Made by a program: the position numbers and the translations under genes. Source: Octopus sinensis (Eukaryota). From it: a DNA stretch of 64,000 nucleotides. Positions within the stretch are counted from its first letter, which is position 1; each line of letters begins with the position of its first letter. The notes beneath the pieces are model-generated. The model ran no database searches. It was not told where the DNA came from and worked only from the letters and a program-made list of their open reading frames with translations. The stretch spans positions 41,044,001 through 41,108,000 of the forward strand of contig NC_043003.1 in NCBI RefSeq assembly GCF_006345805.1, in the 5' to 3' direction. This document shows, one piece after another, positions 40,596-53,522 of the stretch.

Positions 40596-41461
40596 AGTAG
40601 TCTGATCAATAAGGATCCGGACTGTTTCCTTATTAACGAAGTTAAAGTATGCAGAGTGAAGCCGCTTGTCACAGACTGACCTTGAACTCTGTTGAGCATG
40701 CGCACTGAGTTTTAACGTTCTAGCTCCCTGCCACTGTTTACAACAGTGCATAGAAAGAAGGTGTGTAGCGTGTGAGCGTCGCGTTGGCCATGATTGAGGA
40801 AGTTGAGCAGAGGATCTGCATCAAATTTTGCAAAAAGCTTGGCGTACGCAAAATTTTCAAGAAATTTTCATCGTTCTCGACACAGTCAAGAAGATCTAGG
40901 ACAACTAAAACCCGAGTGTCTTTTTGGTAAGCTGAAAGCTGTTTTGGCACAAACTTGGCAGACAGACATCTCATACCCAAATCTTCAGTGATAATGGACT
41001 GAACTGAACCGTAACTAATCTTCACATCTGATGATAATTCACGGATGGTGATTCGACGATTTCCCCTCACAGCTGCTCGCGTATCTGCGATATTTTTCTC
41101 AGTTCTGTTGGTTGCAGCTCTCCCAGAACGTTCGTCAATATCGACATTTTTCGGCCATCTTGGAAACGTCTGAAACACTTGTACACTTGTGTGGGGATCA
41201 TACACTCTTCTCCATTCCCTTCCTTCAACATTGCTTTGGAATTTGAGCAGGTATCACCATGACAACTTTCTCTGTCATAGTGAATGCAACGACCACACGC
41301 TACACACCTTCCTTCCAAGCACTGCTGTAAACAGTGGAAGCGAGCTAGAATGTTAAAACGTAGTGCTCATGCGCATTAGAGTTCAAGGTAAATCTTTGCA
41401 AAGCAGCCGACTCTGTTTCGTTACTGTGGCAACGATCCGGATACTTATTGATCAGACCTCG
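40596..41461. mobile_element. Mariner derivative built from two inverted 5' ends, TA-flanked
   Basis: TIR gtctgatcaataag(g/t)atccgga at both ends, extended by ~180 bp imperfect arms. Plus strand MIEEVEQRICIKFCKKLG (40790); minus strand VYKCFRRFQDGR..DERSGR..RRITIRELS..FVPKQL. Confidence 0.88.
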
Positions 41462-43559
41462 TATATACGCCGTTGAGCTACACATGTCGTCCAGTGTCAA
41501 TTGGGATACCTGCACCTGTGTGTTTGCATGTGTGTATGTGTTTGTATGTTTGTATAATATATGTAGTCTGTGAGTACAAATGATTTGTAGTGCTAGCATT
41601 TATATTTCGTGTGAATAAGTGTTTTAAACCCTGTTAATGTGCACCTGTGTGCGTATCAATGGAGGTGTTTGTTTGCAGCATGTGTAAGCTGTAATATTTT
41701 CCAGTTGACATGCATATGTGTGTGCGTGTTTTGTTCTGCTTTTGTGAGTTAAAAGCAAAATCAGTGGCCAAGTTCAATATTTAGAGTTCAATATTTACAT
41801 CTGTACTCACGCATATGTATATGAGTTTTTGAGTTAATGCATTCGTTCAGACAGTTGGCTGGCTCTCTGTGTAGCTAATAAGCGTATACGTGCATACTTC
41901 TAAGTGATTGCTTATTTGTGGTTTATATAGTATTGAAAGTCAAGGTTAAGTGAATTGTCAGTGCTTGGGCGTGTGTTAGTGCATGGCTTATTGTATACGT
42001 ACGGATATTTCTGTGGTGCGAGCGGGGTAGATGATGTTGGTTTTGGTACTGTTGTAATATAAATGGTGTTGGTAGTGCTGGTACTTGTATTAACTATATT
42101 TTCATCGATAGTATTAGGGTGGAAATGGTCTTGATTGTAATTCCATAGTTGTTAGAGCATGTATTCTTGCTGGAGTATGGGTGTTGGTGAGAATATTCAT
42201 TCCTGGGGATTATGGCCGTAATAGTGAATTGATCTTATTGTTGGTTTTAAGGATAGAATATGTGAGTAGTATAGCAAAACATCTATATCGGATAAAAAGA
42301 TTTGCGATATTTATTCATATACTTTTAGGCTCTGAATTCAAATTCCACCTCGAACAATTTAATGGGAAATAATTTCTTCCAAATTTGATCCCTTGTACCT
42401 AATTTGGAAATTAAATTTGAATTTTGAACTATAATACAGAGAGTGTATATTTACAAAAACGATCATGGTAGCGTCAGCTTCCGAAATTATAAAAATAGCG
42501 GCTGTAAATTAACTGAATTCAAGTAGAGTATAAGAAGTAAAATGCATCAGAATAAATCAATGGCCTTACATTTCAACACATGTCTTTTAAACGTTTCTCG
42601 CCGGATCCGGTTAAGTCCAGAATACCTGCCAGATGGCAACTGAGATGACGTAACAAGCACTGTGGTGATTCTTACACAGGAAACTGCTGCACCAGTAAAG
42701 CAGATTTTATCAGCGCATACATTGCTTTGTTGTCGAAAATAACAGCGATTGTTGCAATTTTTGCACGTAGTGTTAGACTAATTTGGAGAGCTTCTTTATT
42801 GTGAATGAAGTAAACTCACCTGGAAAATTTTCATGTCAAGCATTATAGAAATCTTCGAGAATCTTGTGGCCTGGCAGTGATATGGGTGGTGGGAGCAATA
42901 GATATCCATGGCTATATGCACAGTCAATTCATTTTATTTGTCAGAAACACGAATATAAATATCTATCATACTGCACTATGTGATGTACACTGCTGTTGGC
43001 CACTGGTTCCCCGGAATATAATTATTGGTTCATTTCATTTACTACGGTTAAAGTGATAAGGAATTCTGTCTGTAAGAGACTTACGTAAGAAAGCGTCGGT
43101 TTATCAATTTTTCTCTCTGAAACTCTTTAAGTGATATACACACACCACGGCAGGATATAGATATATTTACGTACATACTCAATAGAGAATAACACTGATG
43201 CTCAACAGCCGGGTAACTGTATGGGTATAGGTGAGTACGCTGAAATAGGAATGCATGTCATCAGTTACTAAGGACTACATTCATAAAGAAAAAAAATACA
43301 GAGATTTAGTTTCATTAAGACTTGCTAAATGGCGCTTTGGAAAGCTTAATTGACAAATCAAATTCCTACAGAAATTTGAATTCCAGCAATTCAACGATGT
43401 TACGTCTAGGACATTTTTCGTTGGAATAGCAGTTATATTGACAGCTTATTAAGTGAGTAAACAAAAATTCGTACTGTATGGGTTTTCTTAATGCTTTACC
43501 CTATATACATAGTAAATCCGAAAGATGCTACAGCTATATAACTATTATGTACATACATG

Positions 43560-43600
<41 letters not shown>

Positions 43601-44168
43601 GCATATATATGTGTACACAAACGCACATACATATATATGCATACACACACATACATACATACATACATACATACATAGATGCATACATACATACATACAT
43701 ACATACATACATACATACATACATACGTACGTACGGACATATATAGGTAAGAGATTTACGCCATTATCATTTGAGAGTTCAATAATGGTTGTCACAGCGA
43801 ATTAATTTCCATGACAATTCTAATTCACAGCTAATACTTTTCGCTAAATTGACGACTACCTTCTTAAAGAATATTTTCATTATTATTGGTGTTTTTTTTT
43901 TTTTAATAATTATCCTATTTTAAATAATGCTGTAAATCGCTGAATTGATACTTATGCCAGATTAAGTAGCGCTAACGGGTAGAATATTATGTCACAATAA
44001 AATTGTCTTGATCTTTTTATTCGCCTCCTACTTAATGTCGTTGCGTCCAATATCCTTAATAACATTCATAATTCACCATGTTAGGCTTTCTTTATCCCTC
44101 TACCTATTTATATTTATTCATACATATATGTATATATATATGTATGCATACTTACATATATATATGTA

Positions 44169-44211
<43 letters not shown>

Positions 44212-44547
44212 CATAATGCATAAATACATAGCGACATACATACATACATACATTTGCATGTTTATGTATATAAATATGTGTATATGAATATATATATATA
44301 TTTATATGTCATTCAAAATAGCATTAATTACTAACATTCATGTAGTCATACCTCCTAATTTCCCAATGTTTCTCTCAGGGCCTTTCTGTGTTTCTGTTAT
44401 CTATCTATGTGCCTATGTATCTCTCTCTCTCTATCTATATATCTATCTATCTGTCTCTCAGTCTGTCTGTCTGTGTATATACATATATACATACGTACAC
44501 ACACACACACACGCACACACACATATGTATGTATGTCATTATGTATG

Positions 44548-44581
<34 letters not shown>

Positions 44582-44585
<4 letters not shown>

Positions 44586-44760
44586 GGGCAAATTTACGAA
44601 AAAAAACAAAAGACGAAGACAGGTGGCGTACAAAACAAACAGAGGCATTAGTATAGCGCTCAGGAATAGAAAATGTCTTTTACGTTTCGAGCCTACGCTC
44701 TTCTACAGAAAGGTACACAGAAAAAAACAAGGAGAGAAAATAATGTGTGTAGTGGCTAAT
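44582..44760 (-). mobile_element. Family A small HHR-bearing element
   Basis: Reverse complement closely matches 11170-11320; inserted within (TA)n. Confidence 0.8.
44677..44712 (-). ncRNA. Minimal type I hammerhead-like motif, family A (CUGUAGA core)
   Basis: Minus strand CTTT-CTGTAGA-A-GAGC-GTAG-GCTC-GAAA-CG-TA-AAAG; stems I and II intact. Confidence 0.65.
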
Positions 44761-44762
44761 AT

Positions 44763-44824
<62 letters not shown>

Positions 44825-45445
44825 GTATCTATGTACGTATGTATGTGTATTCATTTTTGTATTTAGGCTCTTGGTAATTACTCGTTAATGCTGTTTATAC
44901 ATAGAAAATGTGGCAGTGTTCGAAATAGTTTTTGTTTTTTATCCAAGTTCAGATCGATATATGTGATGTCCACTTTGAACTTACAAATTTGAACTTACAA
45001 ACTTTAGAGAAATAAAGGCAGTCATAAAATCGCAGTCTGTTGCGGGAAAAGTCGTATGAGAATGTGAGACATTTTATTGGTCACAAGTGCTAGAAAGTGG
45101 GAGGTCTTTTGAGTGAGACTGAATAACCTCTATGCAGTAAACACATTTATCAAAACTATGACCGTTGACCCTTGCCAAAGCGGTGAGCTTCCATTGATTC
45201 GAGATTGTGTGTCTTGGAAACATGTTTATAGTGAGTTACTTATTGCATGGTTGCCAACCAGGTGTTTTTACTTTTTTGTTTGATTGGGATTTTAGAATAC
45301 TTACATGTGTTTCGTCACATCACACTTCATGATTGCGTTATGTGTCTATGCTCTACAGCTTTTATACACACATTTTTCAATCCTCTCCCATATATATATA
45401 TATATTATATATATATATAATATATATATATATATGAATAGATAA

Positions 45446-45491
<46 letters not shown>

Positions 45492-45493
<2 letters not shown>

Positions 45494-45755
45494 TGTCGTG
45501 TCTGGGGATAGTCATTTTCTTTTTGTGCCTTATTATGTAACAAACTCACCGGTAAAATTTCCACTTAATTCTTATTTCTATTTTCCTAAAATTTTGGTTG
45601 CGTCTTGCAGCCTTTTCTAGTCAAGACTATTGAAAAGGTTGCAAGACGCAACGAAAAGTTTAGGAAAATAAAAATAAGAAATAAGTGGAAATATTACCGG
45701 TGAGTGTGTTACATAACAAGGCACAAAAAGAAAATGACACTCCCCGGACAACAGA
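45492..45755. repeat. ~260 bp palindrome (~130 bp arms, 2-nt loop) containing a U3-A8 hammerhead-like motif
   Basis: Centre ..tagtc-aa-gacta..; right arm CTA-TTGAAAA-G-GTTGC-AAGAC-GCAAC-GAAA-AG-TT-TAG at 45627-45663. Confidence 0.9.
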
Positions 45756-45845
45756 CTATGTTTCAACGCACGATCTCATATAAAGAATCTTGCAAACCAA
45801 ACCCCAAGACGGAATTTACATCTCTCTCTCTCTCTCTCTCTCTCT

Positions 45846-45883
<38 letters not shown>

Positions 45884-45888
45884 GCACA

Positions 45889-46103
45889 CGTGGCGATGCT
45901 GAAAATTCCCTGGCTTTGGCTAAAATAAAATGCAGGAGGATCAGTTAATTATGATTTTATTCACGATATTCGTCTCTCAGATTCGTAAACATATTGCAGC
46001 GAGTCGTCAGTTTTTCGTAGCCGTTTAAAAGAAATCGGAAGTTTGGGCCTCCAGCCAGATATTTCGTTATACCCTTAAACCAGGAACTTATGAGCAACCC
46101 CTC
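45889..46103 (-). mobile_element. Mariner-derived MITE
   Basis: Reverse complement of 46596-46804; TIR-like ends. Confidence 0.75.
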
Positions 46104-46191
46104 ATATATATATATGTCTTCGAAACATATGTCGAAAGTAAGAGAATTTGAATAGCATCTGCGTTCAACTCCGTTTATTTACTTTTATATA

Positions 46192-46224
<33 letters not shown>

Positions 46225-46517
46225 ATGCATGTGTGTATGTATGTATGTATGTATGTATGTATGTATGTATATATATATATATATATATAGGTAAGTAGAT
46301 AGATATATGTATACAGGCAGATAGATAGATAGAGAGAGAGAGAGAGACAGAGAGAGACAGAGAGAGAGAGGCAGAGAGAGAAATATATAAAGTACGATCT
46401 ATTCGTGGTCAGAGGCATTCGTAAGCTGAGGTACTACGCTATTAAAGGAATATGAGAAAGACAGGAGATAAAGTACGACTTATTCGAGATCAGAATTGTT
46501 CGAAAACAGAGACTCTA

Positions 46518-46583
<66 letters not shown>

Positions 46584-46595
46584 CAGAGAGTGTCC

Positions 46596-46804
46596 CGAGG
46601 GGTTGCCGATAAGTTCCTGGTTTTAAGGGTATAACGAAAAGTCTGGTTGGAAGCCCAATCTTCCGATTTCTTTTACACAGCTTAGAAGACCCGCTGTAAT
46701 AAGTCTGTGAATCTGAGAGAGGAATATCCTGAATAAAATCATAATTAACAGATCCTTCTGTATTTTACTTTAGTAAAATCCAGGTAGTTTTCAGCATCGC
46801 CTCG
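46596..46804 (+). mobile_element. Mariner-derived MITE
   Basis: TIRs cgaggggttgccgataagttcctgg / ccaggtagttttcagcatcgcctcg; internal RCNKSVNLREEYPE*, resembling a mariner C-terminus. Confidence 0.78.
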
Positions 46805-48214
46805 TGTGTATACACACACACACTCACACTCACATATGCATGCACACATGTGTGTGTTTGCGCGTGCGAGCGTGTGATAGCAATCTCTCTATCGATATAT
46901 ATATATACATACATATATGTATACATATATATGTGTGTGTGTATGTATGTATGTATGTATGCATATATATATATATATGTGTGTGTGTATCAAATCAACA
47001 TGCAGAATAAATGGAGTGTGAAGCTAAGAATTTAGCATGACCTTTTAGATATATTTTTGAGAAGTAGTGAGGTAATGTGCATAAAATCGTTTCCGTAATG
47101 TATGGAGGCATTCTGCTATTCTATATTTAAGAAGAATAAAATCTCATGCTCCATTGAAAAGGTGAAATCAGTTAATGGCATTAATGCTTGCCGGGAGATA
47201 GTCTCCTTAGTTTGGTTGTAGTCGAAATACATTTTAACTCAACTCATCATAGGAGCTGTATATAATGTATGTCGGTGACAATGCAACAACAAGAGTCAAT
47301 GATCATTCTTCTTACGTGAAAGCTTGTCTTCTTGGGAGAAGCAGCGGTAAAGATAGAAATATATAGAAGCAAGAAATAAAGAGAACGAAATTGCGAGATT
47401 TTGTTCGAGAGAACTATACCTAAACGAATGATAGATGATTTTGATGGAAATTTCTGTTACTATGGAGTTCATAGACCCCCATGGTTGGGTAGCCTAAAAG
47501 GAGCATATGCTAGATGGAATGAAAACTTTTTGTCGAAAAGTTCAAAACAGGATGATCATTTGCAACAATGTGTAAGGTATCAAACCACTAGGAGATCTGA
47601 ATCAAAGAAAACTGCACTGATGTTTAGAAAGAAATATATGGTTTCAAAGTTATGAAAAAACAAATTTATTAACAACAGAATCCGTTATCTCTGATGCGCA
47701 TGAAGGCTCTAGCTATCAATCAGCATGTTAGGAGAGAGAAAACCTTAGCAATGATAGGAAAACAAAATCTGATGTAATGTATTTTTGTGGTTTTCTCATT
47801 AAAGATTTGGTAATTATGGTCTATACAGTATCTTCAAAACTGTGCAAACCGCAAAAAAAATCTCTTACGTTTCTGGCTCTTTCAACTAGGCAGTAGAGTG
47901 CAATAACTTTCACTAAATGTTTTATAATATAGCGTGATAGATATATAGAATGATGGAAGTTAGACTGTCTTTGTTACAGAATTTCCAGACCCTTCATCTC
48001 CTGCAGGAACGGCGAAGGCTGGGGACTGATATAGTCTACACATGAAACAAAGTACGTTGATCGAAGATAGGGTGAAGAGCAAATCACGACTGACACCAAT
48101 AGATCAATAAAGTAATATCTTTGGCATCAGTCCAAGAATTGCATATGTTCATCTATATACACGTATGTATAAATGCAAGGATCGGTATACATACATGCAT
48201 ACATACATATATAT

Positions 48215-48365
48215 AGAGGTAATGGAGTACGATCGAATCATGCAGCTCCATTTAATTGAACAATGCAATCATTACTCTACAATTGCTCTACATTTTAAAT
48301 TGATGCAATGATTGCATTGTTCAATTAAATGGAGTTGCATGAAACGATCGTACTGCATTACCTCT
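48215..48365. repeat. 59-bp inverted repeat with a 33-nt loop
   Basis: 48215-48273 vs 48307-48365; the right arm contains GAAA-CGATCG-TA, resembling an HHR 3' half. Confidence 0.9.
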
Positions 48366-48478
48366 TGATGTCCGTGTTGCTTATTTTAATTTTAATCACC
48401 TTGCTTTGGAATTGTATGGCTAATACCGTACTAAATTCTGGTGCATCAAATTAAGAACCATATTCATCTGAATCTATA

Positions 48479-48540
<62 letters not shown>

Positions 48541-48580
48541 TATATATATATATAATATATATATACATATATATACATAC

Positions 48581-48611
<31 letters not shown>

Positions 48612-49792
48612 CATATACATATATGTATATATACACCATTTATCGTTTTCTTGGAGCGTGGCCATGCTATGACACCGCCTTGAAAAATTTTTAGTTGAAA
48701 TTTTAAACCTGGTGTTTAATCACTTTGCTGAACCGCTAAGTTACGTGATGGTAAGCACAACAACGTCAGTTGCCTACAAACCACTGTGTTTGTAAAGTGT
48801 GCTGGAGGGAATCATTTACTATCCTTTGACATCATAATACCTCGTTACTCAATAGGTTCTTACACGAATCTTCTCGTGCAAACACAAATTTTACTCCATT
48901 TTTGCCTGTTGCGTAAACTCTTTCATGATTTATCCTAAGTCTTTACTTATTATTTAGCTATGGTAGCAGCATTTTCTGTCTCTATCCTCCTTCTACCATT
49001 ATCAATATCTCGGCTGTCTCATCCGATATCTTTACCACTGTCCCTTTCGTTCATTGTTTATCTCTTCTTATGTCTTTGTATTAAGAGCAGCTACTATCCT
49101 TAATTGAATTATTGTCTGCTTAGTGAAATTCCTTAACCCCGATTGGGGCTCAATTTCTACGCATTGATCTTAACGTTACTTTCTCCCCCTCCTCTCTCTC
49201 TCTCTCTCTCTCTCTCTGCTTTACTCTACTCCTCACATACCCCCACGTCACAGAAATCGCACTCCCTCTCCTTGATTTTCATTTCTACTCTACCTCTGTT
49301 CCCCCTTTCCTCTGTCGCATATATTATCCTCCCTTTCCCTCCATTTTCTTCTTATATTTCCTCCTCTCTCCCTCCCACCACTGCTCTCTTCATGCACTAC
49401 TTTATGAGGTACTTAGCCAATTTTATTTTGTTGAGGGCGACAGAATCTAATATAATATCTGCGTGTGACTGTTTACTGGTCTCCTACCCTAGAGTTTTTG
49501 CATATTCCATCTATAAATTAAGAATATTACGATTATTATGAAAATCTCAGTTTCCTGAAACAGCTGTCGAATTAAATTATCTATTTTCACCTTACTTATT
49601 CCGTATCGTCTATGGTCAATGTACATATATTTGTATATATGCACACACACACATGTATGTGTGTGTGTGCATATCTTTGTAAACATATGTAGATATATAT
49701 ACTATGTATATATATACGTGTGTGTGTGTGTGAATGCATATATCTAATTTTGTCTAGCTGCATTAATACCCCTATCTCTCTCACATCCCTAC

Positions 49793-49828
<36 letters not shown>

Positions 49829-49829
49829 T

Positions 49830-49880
<51 letters not shown>

Positions 49881-50344
49881 TATATATATAAAATACTTCA
49901 TTAAATTTTTAAATTTCTAATTCACTCTATGTTCGTTTTAGAATGTCGCAGCGCATTCACGTGCTCGGTGTAGTGAATATATTCTGAAAAATAGTAGAAT
50001 GCAGTAAGCTTGTCTGATGATCCTAGGTGCTTGCGTACAAAAGGAAAAGTCCATTGATTACAAGATATCTGGTCTTTACTTTGTAGTTTTTGCAAGCGTA
50101 AGGCTATTTTTTCTTATATTCATTATATTCACAGTGCGTGTTTCTTAATAGTGAGAATTTTGTGGCTTTAGAGTGTTGACTCCTATTTCTAGCAAGCTGG
50201 TAGTTCGGTGTGCTATTTTATTTCTATATTTTGTCTATTTAGGTTAAACTTGCTGGCCACTTATTATATTATTATATATTATTATTATTTCTAATAATGG
50301 TAATAATATTTTATTATATATACATGTATGTGTGTGCGTGTGAA

Positions 50345-50680
50345 GGGGCGTCGAGCGTCGAGCGTACGATCGTGAGGTTGTGAGTTCGATTCCCGGACCG
50401 GGCTGCGTGTTGTGTTCTTGAGCAAGACACTTTATTTAACGTTGCTCTAGTTCACTCAGCTGAAGAAAGGAGTTGCGACCGCACTGGTACCAAACTATAT
50501 AAACCTTTGCCTTTCCCTTGGATAACATCGGTGGCGTGGAGAGAAGAGTCTGGTATGCATAGTTGACTGCTGGTCTTCTATAAAAAACCCTAGGTTGTGC
50601 GTTCGTTGGTGAGGCAACTTTCTGCTCAGATTTGTACCCAGGACGGGAACCTCTTCCGTGCAATTACGGTCATTCGTGAC
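50345..50680 (+). mobile_element. tRNA-derived SINE
   Basis: B-box gagttcgattcc followed by tgtgttcttgagcaagacactttattt..cagctg. Confidence 0.75.
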
Positions 50681-51164
50681 CAACGTAGTGGAGTTTATGT
50701 ATATATATTAATATGTGTGTCTTTGTGTGTGCGTGTGTGTGTGTGTGTGTGCACGTGCGCACGTACGCGTATGTATGTATGTATGTATGTATGTATGTAT
50801 GTATGTATGTATGTATGTATGTATGTATGTATGTATGTATGTATATATATATATATATATATATTATATTATATAATTCAAATCGAGCCAGTCTTAAATG
50901 AAGATGCAACGGAAATTGCCGAAACTGATGCCAGTATAAAGAATCCTCAATCGGCATATTTTGCACGATTAAGGTCACTGTTAATTCATACGTTTACATT
51001 ATGTACGTTGAGAACTTTAGTAGACTATTTCAGCTCATATTTCTAGCAATGTAGGTGCTTCTAACATCCTAGTCACATTTAGTGACTCTTATAATATTCC
51101 CATCTTGTGAACATTGCAAACTGCTGTTCATTCTACAGACATACATATATACAAATATATATTT

Positions 51165-51291
51165 TTTCTGCTAGTTTCAGCTCAGAACTGCGGCCATGCC
51201 GATGCACCGCCGTTTTGTGCTACACTGTTATTACTAAGAGCCTCCTCTAATATGTGGCACTTGGTGAAGAATAGAGTTTGATATAGCTACC

Positions 51292-51333
<42 letters not shown>

Positions 51334-51563
51334 TATATATATATATATATATGAGGGTAGCTATATCAAACTCCATTCTTCACCAAGTGCCACCTTGAAG
51401 GGCTTTCAATCTAACAAATCAACTGCAGGACTTTTCTTTAAAGACTTGGTAGTCAGTCTATTGGTCTTTTGATGAACGGCTAATTTGCGGGGACGTAAAC
51501 ACATAAATACCAGTTGTCAAACGGTTGTATGGACGAACACTGACATAGAGACACATACATACA

Positions 51564-51596
<33 letters not shown>

Positions 51597-51730
51597 GTAT
51601 ATATATATATATATATATGATGGGCTTCATTCAGTTTCCGTCTACCAAAGGTTTGGTCAGCTTGAGGCTATAGATGACGTTTGCCCAAGATGCCACATGG
51701 TTGGGAAGCAATCTTTCTACCACTCAGCCA
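51165..51730 (-). mobile_element. CORE-like tRNA-SINE with internal microsatellite, interrupted by a TA-centred foldback
   Basis: Head ~51620-51730 (ttgcccaag, ccacatggttgggaagcaa); tail ~51165-51550. Confidence 0.65.
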
Positions 51731-52034
51731 CGTATATGCCTATATACATATTGTATAAGTGTTAAAGTGTGAATTTATTCTGCTCATTGTAGTAATAAGT
51801 ACCGTGGTACCAAAATCTTATTGCTTCTATTTTAAAGCTAAATAATAGAAGAATAAATAATGGAAGAAAAGACAAAGAGAAAGAGAGGAAAACAAACAGA
51901 ATAACTCATTAACCCATATCTCAGCTACATTTCGCAGTTAAATTCTATACGCTGAACATCTTGCTGCAACTATACTGATCACTCGATGAAGTATGTTGCA
52001 AGCTGGATGTAATGGTATCGTTCCTATAATAGTA

Positions 52035-53213
52035 TCTTTATATATATAAAACTGGGAATGTGTGTCTGTCTGTGTGTTTCCCTAAAACTTGAGAACTACA
52101 CAATCAATTTCTTTCAAATTTTACACATGCCTTACTTATTATCCGGGAAGTGTCATCGGCAAAATAAAATTAACTTTTTGCCTAGGGCGAGCCTACAGCA
52201 ATATCATATCTTCTCCACTACGATTCCCTAAAACTTGAGAACTACACAACCAATTTCATTCAAATTTTACACATGCCTTACCTAGGGTCCATGTAGTTTC
52301 GTGGGCAAAAAATTGTTCAACTTCTTGCCTAGAACGAGCCAATAGCAATATCATATCTTCTCCACTATTTCAGTATTACGTGTTAAAAGTGAAACAAAAA
52401 TGTTTCTCTATTTTATGTCAGATACTTTCACTTTAACAATAAAAATAATAATAACAATTGAATTATATGTAGTAAGTAATAATTAAAATCAAACTAAAGT
52501 ATGATATAATCGTAACATAAAAAAAGTAAAAATAGCAATTGGTATAAAATTGCATCAATGACTTGAACTTGAATAAGTGGTTTCACATGAATGGGAATAA
52601 ATTAAAAATAAAATTAGCGTGCAGAAATGGAATAGTCCAGATGGATAATAAAAAAATTAAATTAAAGAAAAGACTATTGTCTATAAAGTATACAATGTAG
52701 AGAAAAAAGATTTGAACACATGGAGGAAAGCACCTTCGAAAAGTGTCTTGGTGCGACTATGAAAATTATCTAATCAGAGTCGGTAAATACGCCACAATAG
52801 AAGCAAGGTTCGAGTCAACGGAGCGTGCAAGGGAGTACTCGACTCGAACTTGCAAAGTGGAAATATTTTATTTTAACCTTTATATCTGGGACGTAGGACG
52901 TCCCGGAAAAAATTTAAAATGCCCTCCCCCCGCCCCAGAAGTAGAGGTAGGCTGGATCGTAGCCACACTTCTATACAAGAGGGAGGACAAGATACAATTG
53001 ATCGAAATTACAAGAGACGGGCTAATAATTCCAGTCAAATATATATATATTGAGTGTTGTTATCACTAGCGATATCAAGATATAACTTTGTATTTTGTAA
53101 TTTATGTGTAGATGTATATATATATAGATGTACATGTAATTTGTACACATATATATACACATATATACATGCACTAGCACTATGACCGGGCAACGACGGG
53201 TCTTTAATGCTAG
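52035..53213 (+). mobile_element. Non-autonomous Helitron
   Basis: A|TCTTTATATATATAAAA 5' end; 3' GC-rich hairpin gaccgggcaacgacgggtc followed by CTAG|T; internal 146-bp tandem duplication (52078-52220, 52224-52367). Confidence 0.7.
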
Positions 53214-53236
53214 TATATATATATATATATATAATG

Positions 53237-53287
<51 letters not shown>

Positions 53288-53365
53288 TTAGGGAGTAAAT
53301 CCAAACCTACTGGGAAAAATTAGATTTAGGATTAAATATAATTTTACAGTATAAATATATATATA

Positions 53366-53522
53366 TTAAATTAGAGATAAAACCACTATTAGGCAAATCA
53401 AACAGTGAAAAGCATAAACCAAAACATAGAAATAAAATTAATATAATTAATTTTATTTCTATGTTTTGGTTTATGTTTTTCACTGTTTGATTTGCCTAAT
53501 AGTGGTTTTATCTCTAATTTAA
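53366..53522. repeat. Near-perfect palindrome, 77-bp arms, 3-nt loop
   Basis: 53366-53442 vs 53446-53522 with one difference (G.U on the plus strand); flanking (TA)n extends the stem. Confidence 0.95.

Noticed and set aside
47250-48130. Complex sequence that may be decayed LINE; similar blocks at ~42590-43030, ~53660-54460 and ~57780-58700
   Set aside because: No diagnostic motif could be read with confidence, so left unannotated.
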